NCBI GenBank assembly: GCA_043228905.1
Contig: JBHGNT010000006.1
Coordinates: forward strand, 6,386,001-6,450,000
Reading direction: 5' to 3'
Length of the DNA: 64,000 bases
DNA from: Azolla caroliniana
Taxonomy: Eukaryota; Plantae; Polypodiophyta
Shown here: piece after piece, positions 12,420 through 24,979 of the stretch
How positions within the stretch are numbered: the first letter of the stretch is position 1
Layout: each line of letters opens with the position of its first letter
Position numbers and translations under genes: made by a program
The notes under the pieces: model-generated
The model's input: only the letters and a program-made list of their open reading frames with translations
Database searches by the model: none
Told to the model about the DNA's origin: nothing

Positions 12420-15245
12420 AACTCCCCCTTCACTCCTGTATGGGGGGAGTCGACGAGACGAGTCTTTCGCCGTCGGCAAACAATGAGTTTTTCTATAGAT
12501 AAAGTCTTAGTAAGTAAGTCAGATCCATTCTCATCGGTATGTATCTTCGCTAAAACAAACTCATTTTCATTAACTTTCTCTCGTAACCAGTGGTAACTTC
12601 TTTGAATGTGCTTTGTACGAGAGTGATAAGTAGCATTCTACATGACACTCTAATTATCGCAATAAAGTAGGGATTTTTCTTACTTCATTCCTAGTTCACT
12701 TAGAAAATCCCTCATCAAAGTCAATTCCTTTCTGACCTCCATTGTAGCCATATACTCAGCCTTTGTGGTCGACCAAGCCACAACCTTTTGCAATCGTGAT
12801 TGCCATGGCACAACTCCCCCTATATAAGTCATCACATACCCTTATGTGGATTGGCTAGAATCTACATCACCCGACATATCAAAATCTGTGAAACCTTCGA
12901 GCATAGGTTTCCCGGAGCTATATCTAAGGCATATACTCGAAGTACCTTTTACGTATCTGAGTATCCATTTCATGGTCGTCCAATGTTCCTTTCCAAGATT
13001 GCTCATATATCGACCGACTATGCCAACAGCAAAAGCAATGTTCGGCCTAGTGCAAGCCATAGCACACATTAGGCTCCTAACAGCCAAGGCATACAACACC
13101 TTGTTCATCTCAGCCTTCTCCTTCTCACCTTTCAGACATTGACTAGCATTTAGCTTACAATTTGTCAGCAAGGCAGATACAACAGGTTTTGCATTATGCA
13201 TATTAAATCTTTGTAAAACGTTTGTCATATATCTCTCTTGTGACAGCCACAACATATTTTTGGTCCTGTCCCAAACTATATGCATTCCCAAAATCTATTT
13301 TGTCGGACCTAAATCCTTCATTGCAAAGTATTTGCTTAAAGCTTTCTTCAAGCTTGCAATCTTCATAGCATCTTGTCCAACAACTAACATATCATCCACA
13401 TAAAGTAAGAGTATCCTTCATTATACCTCTTGACAAAAACACATTGATCAGCTTGTGTTTTATGGAATCCGTGTTCCAGTATGAAGGATTCAAACTTCTT
13501 ATACCATTGTCGAGGAGCTTGCTTCAGACCATACAAGCTCTTCCTCAATTTACATACCAGCTTCTCTTTTCCTTTCACCTTAAACGCCTCCGGTTGCGGC
13601 ATATAGATTTCCTCTTCTAACTCACCATGCAGAAATGTTGTTTTTACATCCAACTATTCAATCTCCATATTCATACTGGCAGTTATGCTCAAAACAGTTC
13701 GGATGGATGTCATCTTCACAACTAGAGCAAATATCTCATCAAAATGGACACCCTTTCTCTGCTGAAAACCTTGAATCACCACAATGCGAGCCTTACATCT
13801 AGGTGTGTTGTTATCTTCTCCAGTTTTCAACTTGTAGACCCTTTTGTTTCTCAATGCCTTTTTTCCCTTAGGAATCTCCATTAGCTCATAAGTGTGGCTC
13901 TCATGCAAGGAATCCATCTCATCTTACATGGCACTATACCACTTCTCCTTCTGCATATCTGTCGTGGCTTCTTCATAACATTCTAGCTCACCATCATTAG
14001 TCAAGAGAACATATTGATTGGCTGGATACCGAGAGGAGGCCTTCCATTGCCTTAGTGGGTATCTTCTTCCTTCAGCAGCCGGATCAAATTCGGTTACCTC
14101 TATTGCCTCATCTTCCAACTCAGATTCATTTACATCAGCCTACTGTTGTGCTTCGGCCGACTTAGACTCGACCGCATCAGTTGGCTATTGTCGGTCAGTC
14201 GGTAGTGTAAGAGTGACGTCAGTTGATGTTGAATCCATAGTGGTAATAGTAGGCTGGGAAGACGACATAGGTTTCTGCTATTTCCAGTCTTCAATCGTCT
14301 TGTCTTCCACGAACACAAAGTCCCTACTCCTCACCATCTTCTTATCAAGAAGATACCACAACCTATAGTTGAACTCATCTTCCAAGTACCCCAGGAATAT
14401 GCATGGCTTGGACTTGTTGTCCAGCTTTGACCTCTGATCTTTTGCAACATGCATATAAGCTAAGCATCCGAACACCTTTAAGTGTTGGTAAGACACATTT
14501 CTTCGCGTCCACACCCTCTATGGAACATCACCCTTTAGAGGCAATGAGGGAGACCTGTTTATAAGATAAACATTCATGAACATTGCCTCGACCCAATACG
14601 ATTTCGGCAATTTTGCATGTGACAAAATGCTTCTTACTCCTTCCATTATGGACTCTGCTTCATTCTCTATGCCAAACCATTTAGCTCAGGTGTCTTCAGC
14701 ACTGTATACTCAAGTTTGATGGCTTCAGTCTTACAATACAACTCGAATTGGCTCTCTTGAAAAACCAAAGAACGTAGTTTATTGCTTTCAAATCCGAGAT
14801 GTATAAGTTGAAGAAGTATTGAATGGCTCATAATTATGACCTGAGAGGGTTTGTTTCTGAATAGAGCTACTTTCGTTGTTGCCTATGGATACCTTGCAAT
14901 GTATCTAGGGAATAAATTGCAATTGCCAAACTATTTTCTCTATGTTGGAGTACATAGATTTGTTTCCGCAACCGTTTTCTATATGTTACCACTATAGCCT
15001 TCATCATCCAGCCATCTAGCCAATATCAGATTCAATCTCACGTCCGGAACATAGCATACATCCTTCAACATTAACCTGCACCCAGTAGATGTTAACAAGC
15101 ACACATTTCCTATACCCACAATCTTGCATTCACCATCTTTTCCCATCCTTACATAGCCATACTCACCGATTGTGCAAGATGAGAAACTGTTACATTCTCT
15201 TTTGGGAGTTAGGTGAAACGATGCACCAAAATCAACTACCCAAGT
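11714..15245 (-). mobile_element. Degenerate, 5'-truncated Ty1/copia LTR retrotransposon (Tnt1-like pol)
   Basis: Minus-strand pol order PR (WVVDFGASFHLT, ~15245) - INT (KTPELNGLA; HLKVFGCLAY..KLDNKSKPCIFLGY) - RT (MDVKTTFLHGELEEEIYM, LRKSLYGLKQAPRQWY) - RNase H (IHTDENGSDLLTK, ~12500); many stops and frameshifts; no gag or 5' LTR visible. Confidence 0.93.
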
Positions 15246-16891
15246 AGGTATTTTTAAATTTCTCCTTACCACTCGCACCATCCTACTTTATATCAATTCC
15301 CCTATAACTATTGATGTTCAAGAATAAAAAATGGAATTGTTGATCAACATGTTGGTGTGGACAAGCTAGTCCAACTTTGATATCCAAACCTAGAAGGTGT
15401 AAAGTTAGTTCTAGGTTGAATCTTATCCAAACTTGTGTATGTGTTGCACAAAATATTTCTTTTTAATTAGGTCAGCCTAACATTGCATGGACCAAGACAT
15501 TGTTTATGCCAAAAGTTAGGAGTGAACAATTTATTGAGGTAGGCATCGGTCTCTTCCTAAACAACAAATGTCCATCTAACCAATTTGGCCAATGAGCTTT
15601 TCCAAAAGAGCTTTGGTTAGAAAAAACAAAAATGTAATATCATGTATTTTGTTATGAATCAATAATCATAGATTATTGCTTGGTAAAAATTACATTGGTA
15701 TCAGCATAAATTACATCCATTGATAGTTACTCAATTAAGTGGCACATTTGCCATACCAATAATATTTTGATACAAATAAGGCATTGACCTTGTTGAACCA
15801 TGAAACTTAATAAAATAACTTGCCTCACCTTGCAACTACAAGTTGAGATGAATTCGTTATGTATGAGTGTGTTCACTATACCCCCTACATTGAAATAACA
15901 ATTGCCCAAATAAACAAAACAGTGGTGAAAATTGGCCTAAGCGACAGATTGAAATTCTGAACTTATCTATGTACGCAAAGATTTTGTGAGTTCAATAATA
16001 AAACAAGGACTAGGCAATACAAACAACAATGTGACACAACTATTATTATAAGACATAATAAAGTTCAACGTTCGGTTTCTAGAATATCGTGACACACTAT
16101 CAAAAACACTCTCCTGAACTCAAGGAGTCCAATTGAGGTCCGTATATCCATGCGCACACAATTTCAGACTTCAGCTATTTCCCCAAGGGATAAGGAGGTC
16201 ATTCATAGAACACACACCAAAGTTTTCTCTTTCCCAAGAGAGACACTGATCCAGTTGCAAGAAGCTGCATTCTACCATACAAATTGCATCCCCTAAAAAC
16301 GTATAATAATTAAGGAATGGGCGAATCGTCGAGGCGAAAGAAACACAAGAATCCAAAGAGTGAGAATGAGTAGATGTTTTTAAACCCAAAGGCACTTATA
16401 GATGGTTTTAGTGGTTCTCACCATAGATGTGATGAGTGGATAAGTGGTACTCACCATAGATGAGAAAGCATAAATGGAAATAGATTGTTGAGACATACAT
16501 ACATGTCTGTGAGTCACAAAAACTTACTTTTGCAGTTAAGGAATTAAGCCATACATATACATGACATATGTATATGATGACTTCCAAAAATTTCGATCCA
16601 TAATTGCGTGAAGGCATGTATACACGATACATATATTTTGCTTCTAAGTTCAGCTTCACAGAATAAGAAATCTGCAAAAAAAGGGCAACTTTATAGAGAG
16701 AGAAGGGGGAGGGGGACACATCTAATGACACGTGTTTTCGTGCTCTCTCGTTCTCTCTCTCTCTCTCTCTTACACGTTGGACAAAGAAATGGGATTGATT
16801 GGATGATCATGTGGATGAGGTCAGCTCAGCTCAGCTGATGGCGATGGTGGTGGTGGTGGTGGTGGTGGTTGTGGCGTGGATGGCCAAGAGC

Positions 16892-18631
16892 TCAGCTGTC
16901 GTAGTGGAGCTGATAGTGATGTTGTTGGTTGTGATGGTGTAGATGCTCAGGATTCTTCTTGGCCAGCCCGAAGAGCCGGCGGCACGCTCGAATCATGCTA
17001 CCGGCCGCCGAAGAGGTCGTCGTGCCGAATTTCTTCTTGCTCCCTAGAGGCGGATGATTCGTAGCTGCAGGAGGAGGAGGAGGAGGGGCATGATTCCAGG
17101 CCGAGCAAGGGCAAGGGGCATGATGGGGGCAACAATGCGAGCGGCAGCATGAGGATTGGGGGCGATGGCGCAGGGGAGCTCCGCAGGTCCCGCATTCCAT
17201 GACCATGCCGATGGCTGGATCACGCAATGAGTTGGACCTTCCCAACACCATGCCGGCAGGAGGAGCTAGAGTGGCGGCAGAGTATCGAAATGCGTTCGCC
17301 CCAACTGATCTCCGAGCCGGCTCAGCCCCATACATGATCTGCCCGTCACCGCCGCCACCGCTCAGCCTGTATGGAACCCACTCATCATCACCTGCATCCT
17401 CCTCATCGATACCTCTGTAGAATGAAGAATTGCCGAAACCAGCCCCTGGGGCCTGCCTCTGTATGTTCCATGATTCATCACTGCTGTTCTGGACCCTCAT
17501 GGACTGTGACCGCATATCCACCCCTCCTGACATTGGAGGTGGGATCGGCCTGTGTTTGCTGCTTCGCTGCATCATCCTCTCGAACTCCTCCGCTTCCTCC
17601 CACCTCTGCTCACCTGGGCTCTTTACCTTCTTCGACGACCATGTGCTTCTCTTCGCACCCACAGAAACAGCTGATCCCTGCACTTTCGAGGGTAGCGCCC
17701 CTCGGGCAGGAAGCTTATTACTAATCTTCATGAATCGATCCACCTCCTCCACAGGCATCCCCTCCATATTCACTTTCTTCATCACCGTGGGAGGCAACAG
17801 CGCAGTCGCGATGGCATGGGAACTACCGTGCTCTCTCACCGTCGCCGATCGCTGAAGACCACCACCGATCACTGTCTTGGCAGAGTCTTTACGCCTGCCG
17901 CCATCGCCGCTGAGCGAGCTGTTCGTCAAAGCCTGACGAACTTCCTCCTCCCATGACGGGCGTCGGACGGGCGGCGCTGGCGCCTCCTGGTTATAGTTGC
18001 AATGCGGCTTGAAGACAGTTGAGGAAGGCTTCAACTCTACCACTGCGGCTGCGGCTGTGGCTGTGGCTGTAGCTGTGGCTATGGCTATGGCTGATTTTGT
18101 GCGATTCGAAGTCTTCTCCTCGTCGACCGCGTGATAATCTCGCATGGACAGGACTCTCTCTAGAGTGGCAGGTGCCTCACCATGTCTGGGCTTGGGGGCA
18201 GATGCAATCGCTGCAGAAGAGCTCATATCATAGCTATTACGAGCGGTGAGGCGCCGCGGATCTTCGACTTGATGCTCTCCCTTCTTAGCATGGCATAAAG
18301 CGCTAGGCATGGCGCCTCCGACCATCGACGGAAGGCTATGGTGATGGTTAGGACGATTATTAGCTTGGGTCTCAGATATTGAAATCGCTGCTACTCCGTG
18401 GCTTCCGGTTAATGGAGAATCTGGTGTACGGCCACAATCCTTGTGATGATCGCTCTGCAATTCTTCGTGATCGGCCTCTGACTCTGTACAACTACCACTG
18501 CTAGTGTTAGAGCTAGAGCTAGTGGTTGTACAGCTGGGGTGTAATCTATTATTAGCCGGCGTGCCGCTGCTGCTGCTGCTGCTCGTTGGCGCGCCGTTCA
18601 GCGCCATTCTTCCATGGCCCCAGGAAGACAT
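16892..18631 (-). CDS. Intronless 579-aa Ser/Ala/Pro-rich, largely disordered protein of unknown function
   Basis: 1740-nt ATG-initiated ORF, GC- and CpG-rich against AT-rich flanks, preceded by a GA/CT microsatellite. No recognisable folded domain; Cys/His cluster and basic-hydrophobic motif near the C-terminus. Confidence 0.8.
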   Translation of the reverse strand: MSSWGHGRMALNGAPTSSSSSSGTPANNRLHPSCTTTSSSSNTSSGSCTESEADHEELQSDHHKDCGRTPDSPLTGSHGVAAISISETQANNRPNHHHSLPSMVGGAMPSALCHAKKGEHQVEDPRRLTARNSYDMSSSAAIASAPKPRHGEAPATLERVLSMRDYHAVDEEKTSNRTKSAIAIATATATATAAAAVVELKPSSTVFKPHCNYNQEAPAPPVRRPSWEEEVRQALTNSSLSGDGGRRKDSAKTVIGGGLQRSATVREHGSSHAIATALLPPTVMKKVNMEGMPVEEVDRFMKISNKLPARGALPSKVQGSAVSVGAKRSTWSSKKVKSPGEQRWEEAEEFERMMQRSSKHRPIPPPMSGGVDMRSQSMRVQNSSDESWNIQRQAPGAGFGNSSFYRGIDEEDAGDDEWVPYRLSGGGGDGQIMYGAEPARRSVGANAFRYSAATLAPPAGMVLGRSNSLRDPAIGMVMECGTCGAPLRHRPQSSCCRSHCCPHHAPCPCSAWNHAPPPPPPAATNHPPLGSKKKFGTTTSSAAGSMIRACRRLFGLAKKNPEHLHHHNQQHHYQLHYDS

Positions 18632-18655
18632 GATTGGATCAGAGATAGATGCGAC

Positions 18656-18686
<31 letters not shown>

Positions 18687-21600
18687 TCCCCTCTCCTCTG
18701 AGCTGTTATTCTTTCTGCGGACAGAGACAGGGGACAGGGACAGGCCAGGGGAGGGGAGGGGAGGGGATTGTATGGAAGGCGATCTTCTCAAAAAACCACC
18801 ATCATTATCATCATTTGCATTATCAAGATTTTGGTTCTGGGGAGTTGCAGAAATCCCACACAAACAGGGAGGGGGGGGGGGGGGGGCTGGTAGAAGAAAC
18901 GGGAAATTTGAGAAATGATGAGTTTCCGGGAGGGAGGGTGGGGGTTTTTTTTTTTTTTTCCTGGGCCAAGTGGAATCCCAGGACAGATAGAGAAGGAGAG
19001 GGACAGTTTCTCAGGAGAATGGATGATTCTTTATTACCAAATGAGAGAAGCAGAAAATGATTGTGAGAGCTCAAGAATGCATAACATACACACATCTATT
19101 CTACTATTATCCACAGGATTCAATGGAAGGTTGTGCATGATGAGTGTCTACAGTCAAGAATAAGTAAGCGTAATGTAGAGAGATAATGGATGAAGAGAGG
19201 GGATTGGAGTATATATGTATCAGTATGTATAATGTATGTATGTATTAGAGAAGGAAGAAGGAGCAGTAGGAGTAGTAGTAGGAGTAGGTAATGCGGTAAT
19301 GGCTGCTGCTGCCCACCATGATATTTATCGATGATGATGATGATTTATGCTTTTTACTCACACAAAGGTGCGCACATATATTAAGGCACACACTCTGTCT
19401 CTCTCCTCTCTCTGTTTTGTGTGGACTGTGGAGCCAAGTCAGTGTCTGTACCAATCAATCTTAGGAACGCTATCTATATCTGTCTATTATGTTGTGTGTG
19501 CATATACATATGTATATAATATATGTATCATACATCATTATATATGTATGTATGTTGATGTGTCAACCGGGGGGGGGGGGGGGGAGGGGTAGGTACACCA
19601 CTAGATTTGAGGTCTGAACCTATTATTTCTTTTCCCCTTCTACGTTAATAACTTTATATTCTCTGTTCCTCCTGTCCCGGGATGGGGTAATTATTAAGCT
19701 TTTCGTTGGTTTGTTGGGGCCCAGGCCCCAGAAGGCGAAACGAGGAGTGTCCACTCTTGTCCACCCGCCCATCCATCGACTAATGCACACCCCCCCACCC
19801 AAAAAGTAATATATGTAGCTAATTGGTATGTTATATGTAGTAGCCATTAACTCTATTATTATTGCGGTTGTGTTGTTTTTGTTTTGCTGGGGTGTTTTAC
19901 TTCTTCTTCTTCTTTTTAAAACATGTCCCCAATTATTATCTCTTTCCATTTTTCTGAACGTTTGTTTTTTTCTCTCCTTTTTTTTTTGTTTTTTGAATTT
20001 CGAATTAAATTCTTGGTGTTGTTTCTGTTTTTCAAAAAACAAAAAACCAAATCTCTTTCGAATTTCAAAAATCTGTTGAGGGGAGAGGGAGGGGGGGGGG
20101 GGGGGATTAAAGAAGAAATAAAGTGAGAATTTATTGTTCATTTTTATTTTCTAGTTTTTTTGAAGGTAACGGAAGGGCTACCGGAACACAACGTGGAGGC
20201 AGGCAGCCACCGCCGCTAAACACGCACGCACAGACACACACACAAACAGAGGTGAGAAGAAAATGCAAAGCTAGAAAACGAAAAAAACAAAAGGAGATAG
20301 AGAGAGAGGGGGGGGGGGGGGGGGGAGGTGGAACATTGAAGACGAAGAAGACGAAGAAAGAACGTGCAAAGAAATGCCATCACGTTTATTTTTTGGCCAT
20401 TCATTTTACCCAAACGCCATCACTATTTTTTTAGACTATCCCCACTACAACTTACAAGGAAGGCCAATCTCTCGAAACCTAGCAGTGACCACGATTTTTC
20501 CTTTTTTTTATATAAATGCCCCATACATCATTCCTTTTTACTTGGGAGGACACCCTGTTCTTTTTCTCAAGTTTTCCTATGCTTTGTTTGTTTGTTTGTT
20601 TGTTCATACTCGTAGACACTTACTTATCTTTTTTCTAGAAGCCCTCGTAAGCTTAGGACCTCACCCATTCAATAGATTCGATTTCTTCAACTTTCATTAC
20701 AGCCCGAGTAGCCAGTTCATTATGTTTGCTTCTCCCGTATTGCCTTGATTAACCAACCCCCCCCCTCCCAACACCCCAATCATTCGATCCACGCACATAA
20801 CACCTATACTATAATCAATTTTGCAATTTACTCTTCCTTCTCGCTAATAACTCCTCGGCATTTCTGAAAAGCGGTTCGTTATCAAACTATAACCACAAGG
20901 AACAATGATAAAGATGGCATCCCATTCACACATCACAAAGCATTGAATACAATCTTCCCCTCTACCTATTGTACTAGGTATGGTTATGGTTATTCTGGAA
21001 AAAGATCATTTAAGCTCGTTGCCCCACCATAAAAAGAAGGCCTTCCTTTTACCCTGTACATACAACGTGCCCGTGCTTTTACTTTGCAAAAACTCTAACT
21101 CTGGATGAGTACAAAGCCTTGTACCTTGCAAAAACTCTAATTCTTAGATGGGTACATCACCTTTTCTTTGGACAATGCAGTTTGCTTCATCTTGGACCTC
21201 ATCTAAATAACCACAAACAATTACAAAACATTGGTTACCTTGTGTGCCACAAAGATGTGTGCAATAAGAATGCAATTGTCTTTGTGACATAAAATATATC
21301 ACAATCCCTTGTATGTCTTGAGAATTGAAAGTATGGTTAAATGTTAGTTCATGTACACAAGCCAAGGTTATGAACTCGTGGGTAATTGAATGTATGTTTG
21401 GCTGCCAAAAAACTGAATGATAATGCTTAAAACAATGGTTAAAAAGAAGGAACTTTGGTTCACAAAAGCACACTTGCAACTAACATTCAAGGGGAAACAA
21501 GGTATGTACTCTAATTAAAATAACTTATTCAAAATGACTAGATGAACTTGTGTGCCTATCTATAGAGTATTCGAGATCCTCCCTTTTTCCATCATACTTC

Positions 21601-22047
21601 CCAAAGATCGTACTTGGTTTCTAGTTAGGCACAAGTCTCCTTGTCTAAATGGGCATGTACCAAGGAATCGTTTTTTGTAACGTTATTGTGACTTCTTGCA
21701 TTCAAAGTGAGTTCACACAACTTCAAAGGAATTTGCTCTATTTAAAGCGTTCTTAGGGTATATATTTCTTGTTCAATATGATTAGCTTGAATTTCACATG
21801 GTAGGTGTAAACATCTTTAATAATGACCCATGCGTTGACAAACAATGATGTGGTAGTGTTGAATTTGCCTCTCTGTTTATGTCTTACGGATTTATGTTTT
21901 TTATGTAGGAGAACCTCTCGAAAAGAAACTTCTCTACATCCTCTAGTGTGCTATGCTTTCCCATTATTTTTTGTCAGATCTGAGAAATTCAATAACAACT
22001 ACATTAGAGAACCATAAATGCTAGGTTCAACCCCTAGTAGGATTGAG

Positions 22048-22646
22048 TGTTGAACACGGTTGTAGACCAATTAGAAATCCTAGGTTTCGTCCTTAATGTC
22101 ATCATGTGTGGAAACAACCAATCAAGAAAGATCACTTGGGTGTTAATATTTAGAATGGGGATAAACACTAAATGTGTTTGGAAAATTTGCTTAGCATTAT
22201 ATCTCTCTACAAAGAACCTTAGGGAATAAAGCTTATGATACCTTCTAAAGAGAAGGTTGCATTTTCAACTTTGATGACATTGAAATATTAAAATCGGTGG
22301 AAAACCCGAAATGTGGAATATTGAGAAAGGAATGGAATTTTGAGTCGAACTCGTGCGAACCTTCCAAGTCCGAATATATGGTAAAAAAATTAGAGCTTGA
22401 AAATGGTTCATTTTCAAGTGTGTGTGGGAGAAGTCTTGTACAAAATGCTACTATTGTGAATAGTATTTTAACCATCTTTGACCTCTTGCATTCATTCTTA
22501 TCTTCAAAATCAATAACTTTGAATCGCATGTTTAGGCTATCATTATTCTATCTCATTCTTTTTTGTAGTGTTTTTGAAGGATTCTTGAGATAGGTTGTGC
22601 ATCAAGTGGAGGTTCGTGATCACCTCCAAATAAATGGTATCAAAGC
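22048..22646 (+). mobile_element. Possible decayed LTR followed by a tRNA-iMet primer-binding site
   Basis: TGTTGAA at 22048; TGGTATCAAAGC at 22635-22646 (canonical PBS is TGGTATCAGAGC, 1 mismatch); no internal coding region follows. Confidence 0.4.
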
Positions 22647-22879
22647 AACGAGATAAGTTGTAAATGTTATAAAAGATGTTTATGTGAGTGTTTTAAGCTT
22701 CTTATTATTTGGGACACCTTTGGAGGATGCTCTCTCTTACTACTATTTGTGCTTTGTCTTTCCTAAAATTGGCTGCAGTAGCCGATTAAGACTAATGAAA
22801 CGAACCTAAGTTCATTCAATTGTATTTAGATATTAGGCTTAGAGTTTGCTATTCTCGTTGATCACTCGCAGGCTCGAGA

Positions 22880-23420
22880 TCTTTCTTTTTCTTTCTTTCT
22901 TTTTTCCCAAAAAAACTCCTTCCATTAGTTATAAAATTTTACAAATGAGACTATTATGTACAAATCCCCGTAGGGACACGATAATTCCATCTTATGTGGA
23001 TGCCCATTGACTCAAGAAAGGGAGAGGACGACCATTGTTGGATGAAGGTTATTCGTTGTCTTTCGACTCCATCGAAGCCGCCCTTGAGGCCATCATATTG
23101 GCTCTTTAGAGTGGCTACAATTCTACTCCATATCTCTTGCAGTAACCTTGTTGGATGCATGGTTTGTTTGGAGAAGACCCGTCTACACTGTTGTTTCCGT
23201 AGAATCCAAAGAGTTATTGGGTTGACCAATTCCAACACAACTTGAGATTTGTCATTAAGAGGAGTTGAGTGGACATTGCCGCTGGTGGAGAAAAAAACCT
23301 CTTGTGCGTTTATCACCAAAGTCATCCTCCTCCTGGTGCTCGTATCTGCCAACTGGGATCTTTCGTGTTTACTTGATGAAATATTGAGAAAATATTCCAA
23401 GAGATAGGTGTTGTGCAAAA
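22880..23420 (-). mobile_element. LINE 3'-end fragment (ORF2 C-terminus), same family as 49.6-53.3 kb
   Basis: ITLWILRKQQCRRVF..EIWSRIVATLKSQYDGLKG..IRWNYRVP aligns with IWVLWKARCKCVF..EVWLMLVHTLRGQYDAI at 52.9 kb; A-rich tail on the minus strand at ~22880-22905. Confidence 0.75.
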
Positions 23421-24435
23421 CTGCCAATTTTCTGAACAAGAACAACCTTGATAGTCAAGTTAGACATATATCTTTTTTATTTAAACAAATCGAAACCTAT
23501 ATTAAAGTAGAGAAATACAAGTGGTTGCATTGCAATAAGGTTTATGCGGTTAAAAGGTTATTGCTTGAATCTATAATATTCATTTCAGCTATCGTTTACT
23601 AATATTATGTTCTATTAAGAGAAAAAAGTTCAAGAGATATTACGAAAAAATTAGGTTGGCACCCAATCAAAGCAATGTTATATGTGTCTTCAAGTAAAGA
23701 AAACAAAAACTAGCGTTATTGTTAACTTGAGAATAATTCCTAATAATCACCTTGTTTTACTACCCATGGCCCTTTTTAGTTCTCAAATTCTTTTTTGAGA
23801 CATGCTCTTTCCTTGCTATCTTTTAAGCGTGACCTTGAAGGGTAGTTTAGGCCCTTGTCAAATTCCCTTAGCTTGGGAGACTACTTGGAATCTCATTTAT
23901 GATGGCATAAATTAAATTAAGTTCATACCTCTTTTATTTTTCTTTTCTAGGTCATTTGGGATCAAGTGTTACTGACTGGTCTTAAAATCGACTATAACGA
24001 TGAAGAAGTGGACGTGGTGCGTGAAGGAGGTGAAGAGTGGTTGCTAAACCCTAGTACCACACTTGCCACATGCCGGATGATGTGCAGGTTTGGTGGGGGT
24101 GGATGTCGTGATGTGGGAAGTGCGTAAGAGGGGAACATCTTGGGCAAGTAGCTTCTCATTGAAATCGCACGATCTACATTTGCGCTTGTTTGTTGGGTTT
24201 TTTCAATACTGGAGTGCATTTATATCACAATGGTGTATGTAGAGTTATGATCACAATAGCCATGTTTACTTTAGCACTCATTAACCATTTGTGATCCTTG
24301 TAAATACAGTTGGACTAAACTCTTGTTTTTCTCATCGCATCACATGAACTGGGATGAAGGTCATCATTTACTCATGTGTGGCTATAGAGCACTTCACCAT
24401 GTTGTTCTTAATCATAAACACCGTATGATTCTTCA

Positions 24436-24979
24436 TGTTGGTGGCTGGGTGAGTTGGTAATGCCAAGGTATGGGTCCAATTTGATTTAGTTTGGTTTCTT
24501 ATATACATAATAAAAATTCAAACCAAACTAAACCATTTATGCATAGCAAAAATCAAACCAAACTAAACCATTTATACATACCAAAACTCAAACCAAAATG
24601 TCGAAGAACTACCAAACTATTTCAACCAAACCATTTAAGAGAAAGTAAACCAAAACAAACCATTTAATCACAAATTTAAACCGTACCATTCAAGTCAAAT
24701 TAGTTAAACAAATAGAAAAAACTTTAAAGTTCAATTAATTAAAATACTAAATAAAAGAAACATGAATTAAATCATTAGGGAAATAGGAAAAACTTAAGCA
24801 AAATATTGATAAACCATTAAACAAGTCATTTTAACTGATATTTAAAACCAAACCAAACCATTTAATGATATTTGGAAACTAAACCAAACTCTTCAATTGT
24901 ATTCAAACCACTAAACCGTTGAACCATGACTTTAGGTTTGGTTTGGTTTGGGCTAAGCTACGGCCAATATGCATCCCTA
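24436..24979 (+). mobile_element. MITE-like element, copy A (AACCAAACC-rich)
   Basis: Many AAACCAAAC motifs with inverted GTTTGGTTT at the ends; 24882-24932 matches the reverse complement of ~32527-32577; ends in CCCTA. Boundaries approximate. Confidence 0.55.

Noticed and set aside
16735-16760. GTGCTCTCTCGTT resembling miR535/miR156-family sequence
   Set aside because: Only a partial match next to a CT microsatellite, no hairpin, and the wrong orientation to be a target in the minus-strand gene's 3' UTR.
19623-20748. Several 65-172-aa ORFs
   Set aside because: Products of homopolymer and microsatellite low-complexity sequence, with no coherent protein signal.
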